The notes under the pieces: generated by a model
Databases searched by the model: none
What the model was told of the DNA's origin: nothing
The model's input: the letters and a program-made list of their open reading frames with translations, nothing else
Translations under genes and position numbers: made by a program
NCBI GenBank assembly: GCA_038523235.1
Contig: JBCBJQ010000054.1
Span: 1 to 37,940, forward strand
Source of the DNA: Cyanobacteria bacterium J06626_4
Lineage (GTDB): Bacteria; Cyanobacteriota; Cyanobacteriia; Phormidesmidales; Phormidesmidaceae
DNA: 37,940 nucleotides
Reading direction: 5' to 3'
Shown here: positions 30,619 to 37,940 of the stretch, one piece after another
How positions within the stretch are numbered: the first letter of the stretch is position 1
Layout: every line of letters starts with the position of its first letter

Positions 30619-31683
30619 ATGAATCGATTTGTTCGGTGGTTGGCGGTATTGACTGGGTTCGGCATGGTGAGTCTTGGGGCCGCAGGCTGTATCCCCGGTA
30701 TCCCCAAAAGCTCAGATAACACCGACGATGAGGCCTTTGAATTTCGATATGTAGATGGTGACGAAGACAGCGAAAACTATTTACTACAACTGCGCATCAA
30801 CGGCCCGATTCTCAATACGCCTTCTAACGGCGGATTTTTTGGCCTCGATTCGGGTGTGACCTACGCCTACCAGCTACAGAGCCTGCTAGAAGAAGTGGCT
30901 GAGGACGATCGCATTGAGGGCCTGTTTCTTCGAGTTTCCACACCGGGCGGAACGGTGGTTGGTTCCAATGTCATTTATGAAGCCTTAGTAGACTACAAAG
31001 AAGCGACGGAAAATCCCGTCTATGTCTATATCGAAGGGATCTCAGCTTCGGGGGGAGTTTGGTCGATGGTGGCTGCCGACAAGATTTTTGCCGCTCCCGG
31101 CAGCATCATCGGCAGCATCGGTGTCATTGGCCCAACGCTGGTCTTTTTCAACAATCCGGTCGCGCTGGATGGCGGTTTGCTGGGAGGCGGCGTTACCACC
31201 CAAGACGGCATTCAACAGTTTGTGGTATCTGCAGGTAAAGGCAAAGACCTGGGCAATCCTTTTCGTCAGCCGACGGAAGAAGAACTCTCGATCCTGCAAA
31301 CCAACATCAACAACGAATACGACAACTTTGTTACCCACATCGCCAGCACCCGCGATATCTCAGAACAAACGCTGCGCAATGAGATGGGGGCTTATATTTT
31401 TGGCACCGATCTGGCCCAGCAATACAATCTAATTGACGAAACGAGTGGCCGCCCTGAAGCGATCGCGGCATTAGCTGATGCTTTAGAACTGGAAGATGAT
31501 TATCAGCTCGTGCAAATTGGTTTTGATCAACCTAGCCTGTTGGAAGTTCTACTGGGCCAAACGCCGCTGGAATTTAGCTATGAGCAGCAGCAAGAGCTCA
31601 TTCAAGCTGATTTGTGTGCCCTGACCAACTACAATTTCTTAGCTTATTACGGCGATCTGTCGTCTCTATGTCCGCAGCCTTAA
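30619..31683 (+). CDS. S49 family (SppA-like) peptidase, predicted lipoprotein
   Basis: Signal peptide ending in an AAGC lipobox, plus STPGG, SASGG (catalytic Ser), GSIGV and GKGKD (Lys) motifs. Confidence 0.88.
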   Translation: MNRFVRWLAVLTGFGMVSLGAAGCIPGIPKSSDNTDDEAFEFRYVDGDEDSENYLLQLRINGPILNTPSNGGFFGLDSGVTYAYQLQSLLEEVAEDDRIEGLFLRVSTPGGTVVGSNVIYEALVDYKEATENPVYVYIEGISASGGVWSMVAADKIFAAPGSIIGSIGVIGPTLVFFNNPVALDGGLLGGGVTTQDGIQQFVVSAGKGKDLGNPFRQPTEEELSILQTNINNEYDNFVTHIASTRDISEQTLRNEMGAYIFGTDLAQQYNLIDETSGRPEAIAALADALELEDDYQLVQIGFDQPSLLEVLLGQTPLEFSYEQQQELIQADLCALTNYNFLAYYGDLSSLCPQP

Positions 31684-31850
31684 AGGCTCTCGAACCCGAG
31701 TTTGGATGACTGGTGATGTGCTCTCATGCGAAGTCGATTCAGGTCACCGTCGGCGCATCAGCCAAGAGCGTGATGAGAGCATGCCGTTCGATGCTCCCCG
31801 ACAGGATGGCCGGAGCTTTTCAGTCGTTAGTCTGCCGGATTGAATTTCCT

Positions 31851-31891
31851 TGCTACACTGTGATTGACAATCATTTCAATCCCTGTTGATG
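31851..31891 (+). promoter_or_regulatory. arsR promoter (extended -10) and ArsR-type operator
   Basis: TG-C-TACACT at 31851-31859. TTCAA-N6-TTGATG at 31875-31891 is one mismatch from the ATCAA-N6-TTGAT Synechocystis ArsR box. Confidence 0.6.
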
Positions 31892-31896
31892 TCAAG

Positions 31897-32229
31897 ATGC
31901 AAAAAGCTCTGGATACTACTGTCTTCGATGTCGTTTCAGTCTTAAAGGCTCTGGCGGAGCCGTTACGGGTTGAAGTGATTGAACTGTTGAAAGAACAAGA
32001 GTTATGTGTCTGCGACCTGTGCGATCGCCTCCAAGTCTCACAGTCCAAGCTATCGTTTCACCTGAAAACCCTCAAAAATGCCGGAATCGTTCGCTCTCGG
32101 CAACAGGGTAAGTGGATTTACTATCGGCTGAACCTATCTCAGCTAGTGGAGTTAGAACAGTACCTGGCCGAGTTTCGCCGCTATAGCCCGCAGCTACCGA
32201 CTCGGGTCTGTGAATCCAGCGAGTTATGA
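31897..32229 (+). CDS. arsR: ArsR/SmtB family As(III)-responsive repressor
   Basis: LKALAEPLR...ELCVCDL...SQSKLSFHLKTL...GKWIYYRL. ATG at 31897 is preferred over TTG at 31864, which lies in the promoter/operator region. Confidence 0.93.
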   Translation: MQKALDTTVFDVVSVLKALAEPLRVEVIELLKEQELCVCDLCDRLQVSQSKLSFHLKTLKNAGIVRSRQQGKWIYYRLNLSQLVELEQYLAEFRRYSPQLPTRVCESSEL

Positions 32230-32415
32230 AGCTTCGCAGCGTCCAACGTCTTTACTATTCGTGTTTTTGAACCGTACACTGTCGCTGCGTAACTTTTAGC
32301 GGTACTCGGACTCCCGATGCCGTCTGGGCAATAAAGGGGAATCAAAGCGCAGAGAAGATTTGTCGTCTTGACTCAGAGCGTGGGCATGGCCTCGTGACCG
32401 ATCGCCTCGTCTTGA

Positions 32416-32449
32416 TTGACAGAACTTTGATGAATCAACTATGGTTGAA
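32416..32449 (+). promoter_or_regulatory. acr3 operon promoter overlapped by an ArsR-type operator
   Basis: TTGACA (32416-32421)-N18-TATGGT (32440-32445). ATCAA-N6-TTGAA (32434-32449) covers the -10. Confidence 0.65.
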
Positions 32450-32689
32450 ATGAGCTGAGGTCGGCAACAATGTTGAGCTCTGTTGAGTGGGTTCCAAATC
32501 ATTGATTTGTCTTGCTGCGATTGGTTTACGCAGTTCTTAAAGCCGATTTCATGCGTTCTTAAGCACTGTGTGGCAACAGTTGAGATTGAACCGACCGATA
32601 ATCTGGCGACCGTTCTCCCGCTGCTCTTTTGCTCATTTCTGCTTGCTTATTCCTTCTCGCTTCACCGTACCCTCACCCTTAGGAAGACT

Positions 32690-33841
32690 ATGTCATCTGG
32701 TTCCAATACCCGTGCTGAACCGTTTCAGGCGGGCGGACAGCTAAGCTTTTTTGAAAAGTATCTGACCGTTTGGGTCGCTCTGTGTATCGTGGGCGGCATC
32801 CTGCTGGGCCGATTGTTTCCGGGCGTTGCCGTCACCTTAGATGCGATGAGCCTTTATCAGGTGTCGATTCCGATCGCAGCCTGCCTGTTTTTCATGATGT
32901 ATCCCATCATGGTGAAAATTGACTTTTCCCAAGCGAAGCGGGCAGCTCAAGCTCCTAAACCCGTTGTGCTGACCCTGGTGGTGAACTGGTTGATCAAGCC
33001 CTTCACAATGGTGGCGTTCTCCCAATTCTTTCTGGGCTGGCTATTTCGCCCTTTATTGTCAGGCACCGAGATGATTCGCGGCACCGAAGTGGCACTGGCT
33101 GACTCGTATATTGCGGGCACCATTTTGCTGGGTATCGCCCCCTGCACCGCGATGGTACTGATGTGGGGTTACCTTTCTTTTAGCAATCAGGGCCACACAT
33201 TGGTGATGGTGGCGATCAACTCGCTAGCCATGTTGTTTCTCTATGCGCCGCTGGGACGCTGGCTGCTAGCCGCGAACAACCTGGCGGTGCCCTGGGAGAC
33301 GATTGTGCTATCGGTACTGGTATACGTGGGCCTACCGCTGCTGGTGGGCGCAATTTCGCGAACGTGGATTTTGCGGCATAAGGGCCGCGCTTGGTTCAAC
33401 GAAGTATTTTTGAAGTATCTCAGCCCAATTTCGATTGCGGCCCTGTTGACCACGCTGGTGCTGTTGTTTGCCTTCAAAGGCGATCTGATTGTGCGCAGTC
33501 CACTCCATATTCTGCTGATTGCGGTGCCGCTATTGCTTCAGACCAATTTCATTTTCCTCATCACCTATGTCGCGGCTCAAAAAATGGGGATGTTTTACGA
33601 AGACTCGGCGCCAGCGGCATTGATTGGAGCGAGTAACCACTTTGAAGTGGCGATCGCCACGGCAGTTACCCTGTTTGGCCTCAATTCGGGCGCGGCCTTA
33701 GCAACTGTGGTCGGGGTGCTCATTGAAGTGCCGCTGATGCTGATGCTGGTGGAGGTGTGCAAAAAGACAGCGTTTTGGTTCCCCCGTGAGCCCGAAAAAG
33801 CAACGCTGCCCGATCCCCGTTGCGCTCGTCCCCTCGGGTAA
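32690..33841 (+). CDS. acr3: ACR3 family arsenite efflux transporter
   Basis: [39 protein letters not shown] and GVLIEVP. ATG at 32690 follows AGGA; the ORF track extension from 32483 is not coding-like. Confidence 0.96.
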   Translation: MSSGSNTRAEPFQAGGQLSFFEKYLTVWVALCIVGGILLGRLFPGVAVTLDAMSLYQVSIPIAACLFFMMYPIMVKIDFSQAKRAAQAPKPVVLTLVVNWLIKPFTMVAFSQFFLGWLFRPLLSGTEMIRGTEVALADSYIAGTILLGIAPCTAMVLMWGYLSFSNQGHTLVMVAINSLAMLFLYAPLGRWLLAANNLAVPWETIVLSVLVYVGLPLLVGAISRTWILRHKGRAWFNEVFLKYLSPISIAALLTTLVLLFAFKGDLIVRSPLHILLIAVPLLLQTNFIFLITYVAAQKMGMFYEDSAPAALIGASNHFEVAIATAVTLFGLNSGAALATVVGVLIEVPLMLMLVEVCKKTAFWFPREPEKATLPDPRCARPLG

Positions 33842-33846
33842 GCCAG

Positions 33847-34500
33847 ATGGAAACCCTGGTGCAGCAGCAGTACGATCGCCTCGCTCCGATTTACGATCAG
33901 CGGTGGCAGTTCTACATCACCAATACCCTGTCGTTTTTAATCGAGTGGGCCGGGATTGATCCTGAGGATAAGGTACTGGATGTGGCTTGCGGCACCGGTG
34001 AGCTAGAACGCCGACTCACGGCCCAGCATCCTCAGCAAACCATCGTCGGCGTGGATCTTTCGGAGCAGATGCTGGCGATCGCCCAGCCAAAATGCGCCGC
34101 TCATCCCCATGTCAGCTTTCAGCCAGCGTCGGCTTCAGCGTTGCCCTGGCAGTATCCGCAGTTTGATGTGGTGGTCTGTGCTAATGCCTTTCACTACTTT
34201 GATGCGCCTGATGCGGTTCTGGGCGAAATGCAGCGGGTGCTGCAGGCCAACGGTCGGGTGGTCCTGTTAGATTGGTGCCGCGATTTTGTGGTCTGTCGTT
34301 TGTGTGACTGGGTGCTGGGCTGGTTTGATCCGGCGCACAAGCGCTGTTATACCGAGGCCGAATTACACGAATTGCTGGTCATAGCAGGGTACAGCATCCA
34401 GCGATCGCAGCGAGTCCGCTTTGGCTTGATTTGGGGCTTGATGGCTGTCGAAGCCGTCATTGATGACAGCAAGAACAAAACCATTACCCGGAGAAATTGA
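33847..34500 (+). CDS. class I SAM-dependent methyltransferase, Cys-rich, inside the ars operon
   Basis: VLDVACGTG (motif I), GVDLSEQML, FDVVVCANAFHYF and EMQRVLQANG. Starts 5 nt after the acr3 stop and abuts arsC. Confidence 0.9.
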   Translation: METLVQQQYDRLAPIYDQRWQFYITNTLSFLIEWAGIDPEDKVLDVACGTGELERRLTAQHPQQTIVGVDLSEQMLAIAQPKCAAHPHVSFQPASASALPWQYPQFDVVVCANAFHYFDAPDAVLGEMQRVLQANGRVVLLDWCRDFVVCRLCDWVLGWFDPAHKRCYTEAELHELLVIAGYSIQRSQRVRFGLIWGLMAVEAVIDDSKNKTITRRN

Positions 34501-34905
34501 ATGAAACGAGTCATGTTTGTCTGCAAGAAAAATTCCTCGCGCTCTCAAATGGCGGAAGGCTTTGCCAAGACTTTAGGGGCTGGCAAGATTACCGTCACCA
34601 GTTCGGGGTTAGAAGCCAGCCAGGTGCGGCCCGAGGCGATCGCCACCATGAAAGACATTGGCATCGATATTAGCGACCAGACTTCCAATGCCCTAAGTGA
34701 GTTCAAACCAGAAGATTTTGATGCCGTGATTTCGCTGTGTGGCTGTGGCGTCAATCTGCCCCCCGAGTGGCTCACTCGCGAACACTTTGATGACTGGCAG
34801 TTGGACGACCCAGCAGAACAGCCAGCAATCTTTCCTCGTGTACGGGATGAGGTGAAGGAGCGAGTAGAGGCCCTAATCGACCAACTCCAGTCGGTAGAAG
34901 CTTAG
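34501..34905 (+). CDS. arsC: arsenate reductase, cyanobacterial glutaredoxin-dependent LMW-PTP-fold type
   Basis: FVCKKNSSRSQMAEG P-loop, SLCGCG redox motif and WQLDDP. Confidence 0.95.
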   Translation: MKRVMFVCKKNSSRSQMAEGFAKTLGAGKITVTSSGLEASQVRPEAIATMKDIGIDISDQTSNALSEFKPEDFDAVISLCGCGVNLPPEWLTREHFDDWQLDDPAEQPAIFPRVRDEVKERVEALIDQLQSVEA

Positions 34906-35252
34906 TAGACTGGTGCATGAGTGTCCAGTCCTGATTTCGGGCAGGGGCCAAATCATAGGGAGATTCAGTACTGCCAAGCTTTCGTGCCGACTAGGGGCCT
35001 CGATCAAGACAGGACGATGGGAAAAATGTTGATTTACTTTAGCCGCGCTATTTGTTGCTAGCATCATTTTTGTTCTATCGCTAGAGTCTTCAGCCTATAA
35101 AGTTCGACGCGTGCATATTCTCCTGAAAGCGGATGCAAGCGGCCCAACTGGAGCGATGAACGGATTTCAGCGGTCGGACAAAGACGGGTGAGAACATCCG
35201 TCAGCCGTCACGAGTGAACAACTTCAGCCCATCAGCGAAGGTACGTTGGTCG

Positions 35253-35404
35253 TTATTGGTTCGGTACTGTAATTTTGACGCTGGTTTCTTTCATCAGGCT
35301 GGAGTGCGCAAAGCCCGCCAGCACTGCCCCCAAAATTGGTGCAATCCAAAGAGCTACACTTAGCCCAGTAAAGCGCCCCCAGCAAAGAGGGCCAGAGTAG
35401 TTGC
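35253..35404 (-). pseudogene. aqpZ: aquaporin Z (MIP family) 3' remnant
   Basis: Minus strand reads ATTLALFAGGALLG*V*LF/WIAPILGAVLAGFAHSSL...PNQ*. This is the post-NPA2 region and last TM helix of AqpZ, with two stops (TAA, TAG at the usual Q and W positions) and a 1-nt frameshift near 35348. Confidence 0.75.
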
Positions 35405-35406
35405 CC

Positions 35407-35772
35407 CTACTCTTCAGGGTTGACCTGCAAATTGACGGCTAGCTCATCTTGCAGCCAGTTGATGATTTGCAGGCGCTCGCCTTCGGTGAGATAAAACTGC
35501 CCAGTGCGGCGCAGGCGATCATTAATATCTTCCATATCGGCGAGGGTAAACAGTCCGGCTGTGGTAGCGATATTGCATAGCAAATCGTCCCGCCCTTGCT
35601 GATCGAGGCTGTCGTAGCGATAGCGAGCAATTTGTTTGCTGAGGCGGCTAAACGTGGGATTACTCCAGTCCAACCGCTGCTGCCGTTCAGCCGAAATCCG
35701 CTCACCGGCTGCCATTTTGGCGTAGTCGGTATCCAAAATATCGAGATGGACGATTTTAGGTCGCTGATTCAC
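35407..35772 (-). CDS. hypothetical protein
   Basis: 121-codon ORF with protein-like composition (GTG start). No motif recognised. Confidence 0.7.
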   Translation of the reverse strand: MNQRPKIVHLDILDTDYAKMAAGERISAERQQRLDWSNPTFSRLSKQIARYRYDSLDQQGRDDLLCNIATTAGLFTLADMEDINDRLRRTGQFYLTEGERLQIINWLQDELAVNLQVNPEE

Positions 35773-36113
35773 AAGCCAATAAAGTCCTAATTATCTCCAT
35801 AGGCTTAAAAGTGAGCAGGGGTGAACCTCGTGTCACTTCTGAGCCCGATGCCCTTGCTTCACCACAGGATAGTGTATTTTTCGGGGCAAGTTGAGCCCCA
35901 TCAGCATTTTTTCACGCCTCGGGGGTGCCATCGGTTCACTAAATCGACTCACTGAATTGATAAAGGAGTGACAATCGCTCTGGAATAGCTCTGCACTACA
36001 AGGGCGATCCCGACCAACGTTACGGTTCGTTGCATCCATTCCTTGCCCACCCTGGTGCCGTGATACGTTCGGTATTGTTGAGATACCGCGTTCTGTTACG
36101 GAGAGAATCAACT

Positions 36114-36320
36114 GTGTTGGCATCTTCCAAGCATTCTGCTGAAGTCGCTGAGTCTGCTCGCGAAGCCTGTAGTGATTACGTTGCTCACCTGCAATTGCAC
36201 ATGGCGCTTCAAGCCAAGAATTTGGTTCCTTCTCTAACTCAAAATAGCGATCGCCGAGAGCATCTGCTCCATCAAACTCAAGCCGATCTTGAGAAGATGA
36301 TCTCGCGCCAAGGTTTCTAA
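36114..36320 (+). CDS. small hypothetical protein (predicted helical, about 68 aa)
   Basis: GGAGAG SD at 36100-36105 before GTG 36114 / TTG 36117. The sequence YVAHLQLHMALQAKNLVP...LLHQTQADLEKMISRQ looks amphipathic-helical. Confidence 0.65.
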   Translation: MLASSKHSAEVAESAREACSDYVAHLQLHMALQAKNLVPSLTQNSDRREHLLHQTQADLEKMISRQGF

Positions 36321-36417
36321 AACCTAATCGTTTTGCACCTGTTTAAGTCTCCTCTGGGAGCATTGAACCAGGGCATGGCCTGAACTGAATAATTTCCGCC
36401 CTGTCGGCGACCTCATG

Positions 36418-36453
36418 CAAAGTCCCTTTTTCAGAACTGGAGAAGGGACTTTG
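36418..36453. repeat. REP/SDR-like strong hairpin between convergent genes (possible bidirectional terminator)
   Basis: CAAAGTCCCTTTTTCAG-AA-CTGGAGAAGGGACTTTG forms a stem of about 16-17 bp with G-U pairs. Confidence 0.6.
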
Positions 36454-36599
36454 AGGTGTTAGGGTCCTGCACTGCAGCAAAATTTCAGGACGTCAACGTT
36501 TTTTGTGAGGGGTGGCCATGCTAAACCCCGATACTCGGCCTGCTTTTTCTCAAGGCGATCGCTCAGGCAATCGCCGTCCAGCGGTACCACAGACCAGAC

Positions 36600-37436
36600 C
36601 TACGATCGCAACAGCCACAGGCCGGTAAAGGTCATGCCCGAATCATCGGGTCGCACCAGCAAAAAGTGCAGACCTTTGGCCTGTTGCTGGCGATCACGAA
36701 AGGTCTGGCCGGCCACAGTGACCTGCTCATCTTCAAAGGTGGTGAGCACCCAGCGATCGACCAGTCCTGATTCGAGCAGTACGCCATCGGGTGGGCCTGC
36801 CTGGTAGTTCAGCGCCACGGGCTGCTGCTCTTGTAGCCACTGGCAGAGGGGCAAAGCCCGTCGCCCCGCATCAATCACTACCCCCGGAATGGCAGCGGTG
36901 CTGGGGAGGCCCAGGTGCAGCGGCAGCCACTCAGCCGGAATCGCTTGAAATGGGATTGGCTCATGTACCAAACTCTCTTGAAAATCCTGAGCGGAGAGGC
37001 TGGCAAACTGCCATTGCTCGCCCCAAAGTGATTCTGGAATCGGCACCGGCGCGGGCCGCTCTAACGCCACGGGCTCGTAGGGTTCGCCAGAATAGGTCGG
37101 TTGCGACTGATACCACTGCGCTCGCTGCACCAGCCACTGTTTGAGCGTGGGGGTAAACCGAGTGGGCTTGACCACAAGACCCAGAGGCTGTGCCCCCGCC
37201 TGCAGCAGCGAAACGGATTGGGGCCGAAAGACGCGAATTTCGGTCGGCGGCTGGGGCGCTTTTTGCCGGGCCGCAGCGAATTGCTGCTGTAGCCACTGGC
37301 TGTTGACTGCTTTTTGGGGGGCGGTAGCCCCATAGGTAAAGTGAAACTCGCGATCGCAGATCAGCAGTTCCCACAGCGGGTTTTGGGCCTCATCCCGCAA
37401 GGGACGACGATAACAGTCAGCTTCCCAAATAGTCAT
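36600..37436 (-). CDS. Tab2/Atab2 family RNA-binding protein (DUF1092)
   Basis: MTIWEADCYRRP...WELLIC...VNSQWL...FRPQ...GLHFLLVRPDDSGMTFTGLWLL. ATG at 37436. Confidence 0.9.
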   Translation of the reverse strand: MTIWEADCYRRPLRDEAQNPLWELLICDREFHFTYGATAPQKAVNSQWLQQQFAAARQKAPQPPTEIRVFRPQSVSLLQAGAQPLGLVVKPTRFTPTLKQWLVQRAQWYQSQPTYSGEPYEPVALERPAPVPIPESLWGEQWQFASLSAQDFQESLVHEPIPFQAIPAEWLPLHLGLPSTAAIPGVVIDAGRRALPLCQWLQEQQPVALNYQAGPPDGVLLESGLVDRWVLTTFEDEQVTVAGQTFRDRQQQAKGLHFLLVRPDDSGMTFTGLWLLRS

Positions 37437-37585
37437 AGTCAAGGGGGCATCAGGTGACGTTAGGCGACTTCTGGCGAAAGACAATTCCTGTCGGGGCGGG
37501 GGTTGTCGATACCTCAGTCGCAGTGAACTCGGGATTTCTGGTTAAACCGGCCCTAGCAATGTCGGGAACTGGTTCAGAAATTGCC

Positions 37586-37940
37586 TTAAGCAACCTGCCC
37601 CGTCTTGAGGGCAGTAGCAGCAGCGGCGGCATCCGGCAGGTAGTTTTGGGTCACGTAGTCGGCGACCATGCGATCGCTGTTGAAGTTAGGGGCATTGGTG
37701 CGAATAGAGGCCTTCATCATGGCGACCCACTTATGGGGAATGCCGTGGCGATCTCGCTCATAAAATAAGGGCGAAATCTCACGCTCTAGCAGCGTGTAAA
37801 GCGCATCCGCATCCAACTGATCTTGCAGCTCTTGGTCGCTGCTGTCGAGGGCTTCGCCAATTGTCCAGCCGTTGCTGGGTCGCCCCAACCGGCCCGGTTG
37901 ATAGGCTTCACACCACCAGCCGTCGTCAACGCTGCAGTTA
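37586..37940 (-). CDS. glgP: alpha-glucan (glycogen) phosphorylase, C-terminal part (runs off the window)
   Basis: NCSVDDGWWCEAY...NGWTIG...DADALYTLLEREISPLFY...FNSDRMVADY. The frame is open to the window edge. Confidence 0.9.
   Translation of the reverse strand, partial: NCSVDDGWWCEAYQPGRLGRPSNGWTIGEALDSSDQELQDQLDADALYTLLEREISPLFYERDRHGIPHKWVAMMKASIRTNAPNFNSDRMVADYVTQNYLPDAAAAATALKTGQVA

Noticed and set aside
31719..31781. 9-bp inverted repeat TGCTCTCAT/ATGAGAGCA after the S49 gene
   Set aside because: The loop is long (45 nt), there is no U-tract and no other support.
32483..32689. 69-aa N-terminal extension of Acr3 in the ORF track
   Set aside because: TTG start without an SD. Acr3 homology starts after the ATG at 32690, which has an AGGA SD.
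33847..34500. Calling the methyltransferase arsM
   Set aside because: The canonical ArsM cysteine motifs are absent, so no gene symbol was assigned.
1..37940. CRISPR arrays, tRNA/rRNA genes, transposases, prophage or defence systems
   Set aside because: No regularly spaced direct repeats, cloverleaf or rRNA signatures, or relevant protein motifs were seen.

Overview
This is core chromosomal DNA of a cyanobacterium. Evidence: many HIP1 GCGATCGC octamers, ictB, clpR/clpP3, GUN4, a Tab2-like gene, and cyanobacterial-type icd and arsC. From left to right: a decayed 3' fragment of an amino-acid ABC ATPase; an alpha/beta hydrolase and ictB; an HD phosphohydrolase; a J-domain/TPR protein; a three-gene Clp core cluster (clpR, an extra non-catalytic ClpP3/ClpR hybrid-like gene, clpP3); a VWA / dipeptide epimerase / DUF1611 operon; the rplC-to-infA ribosomal cluster, which has a long structured leader and stops after infA; a histidine-kinase-like gene with degenerate ATP-binding boxes; pyk and a type II NADH dehydrogenase; an MntP-like membrane protein behind a structured leader; GUN4; icd; an S49 lipoprotein peptidase; an arsenic locus (arsR, acr3, a Cys-rich non-ArsM methyltransferase, arsC) followed by an aquaporin Z pseudogene remnant that the ORF track does not show; two small hypothetical genes; a Tab2-like gene; and the 3' end of a glycogen phosphorylase. 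I saw no rRNA, tRNA, CRISPR array or transposase. The best candidates for undescribed biology are the methyltransferase inside the ars operon, the extra Clp subunit, and the structured RNA plus MntP-like exporter. All family calls come from motif recognition by eye, not from database searches.
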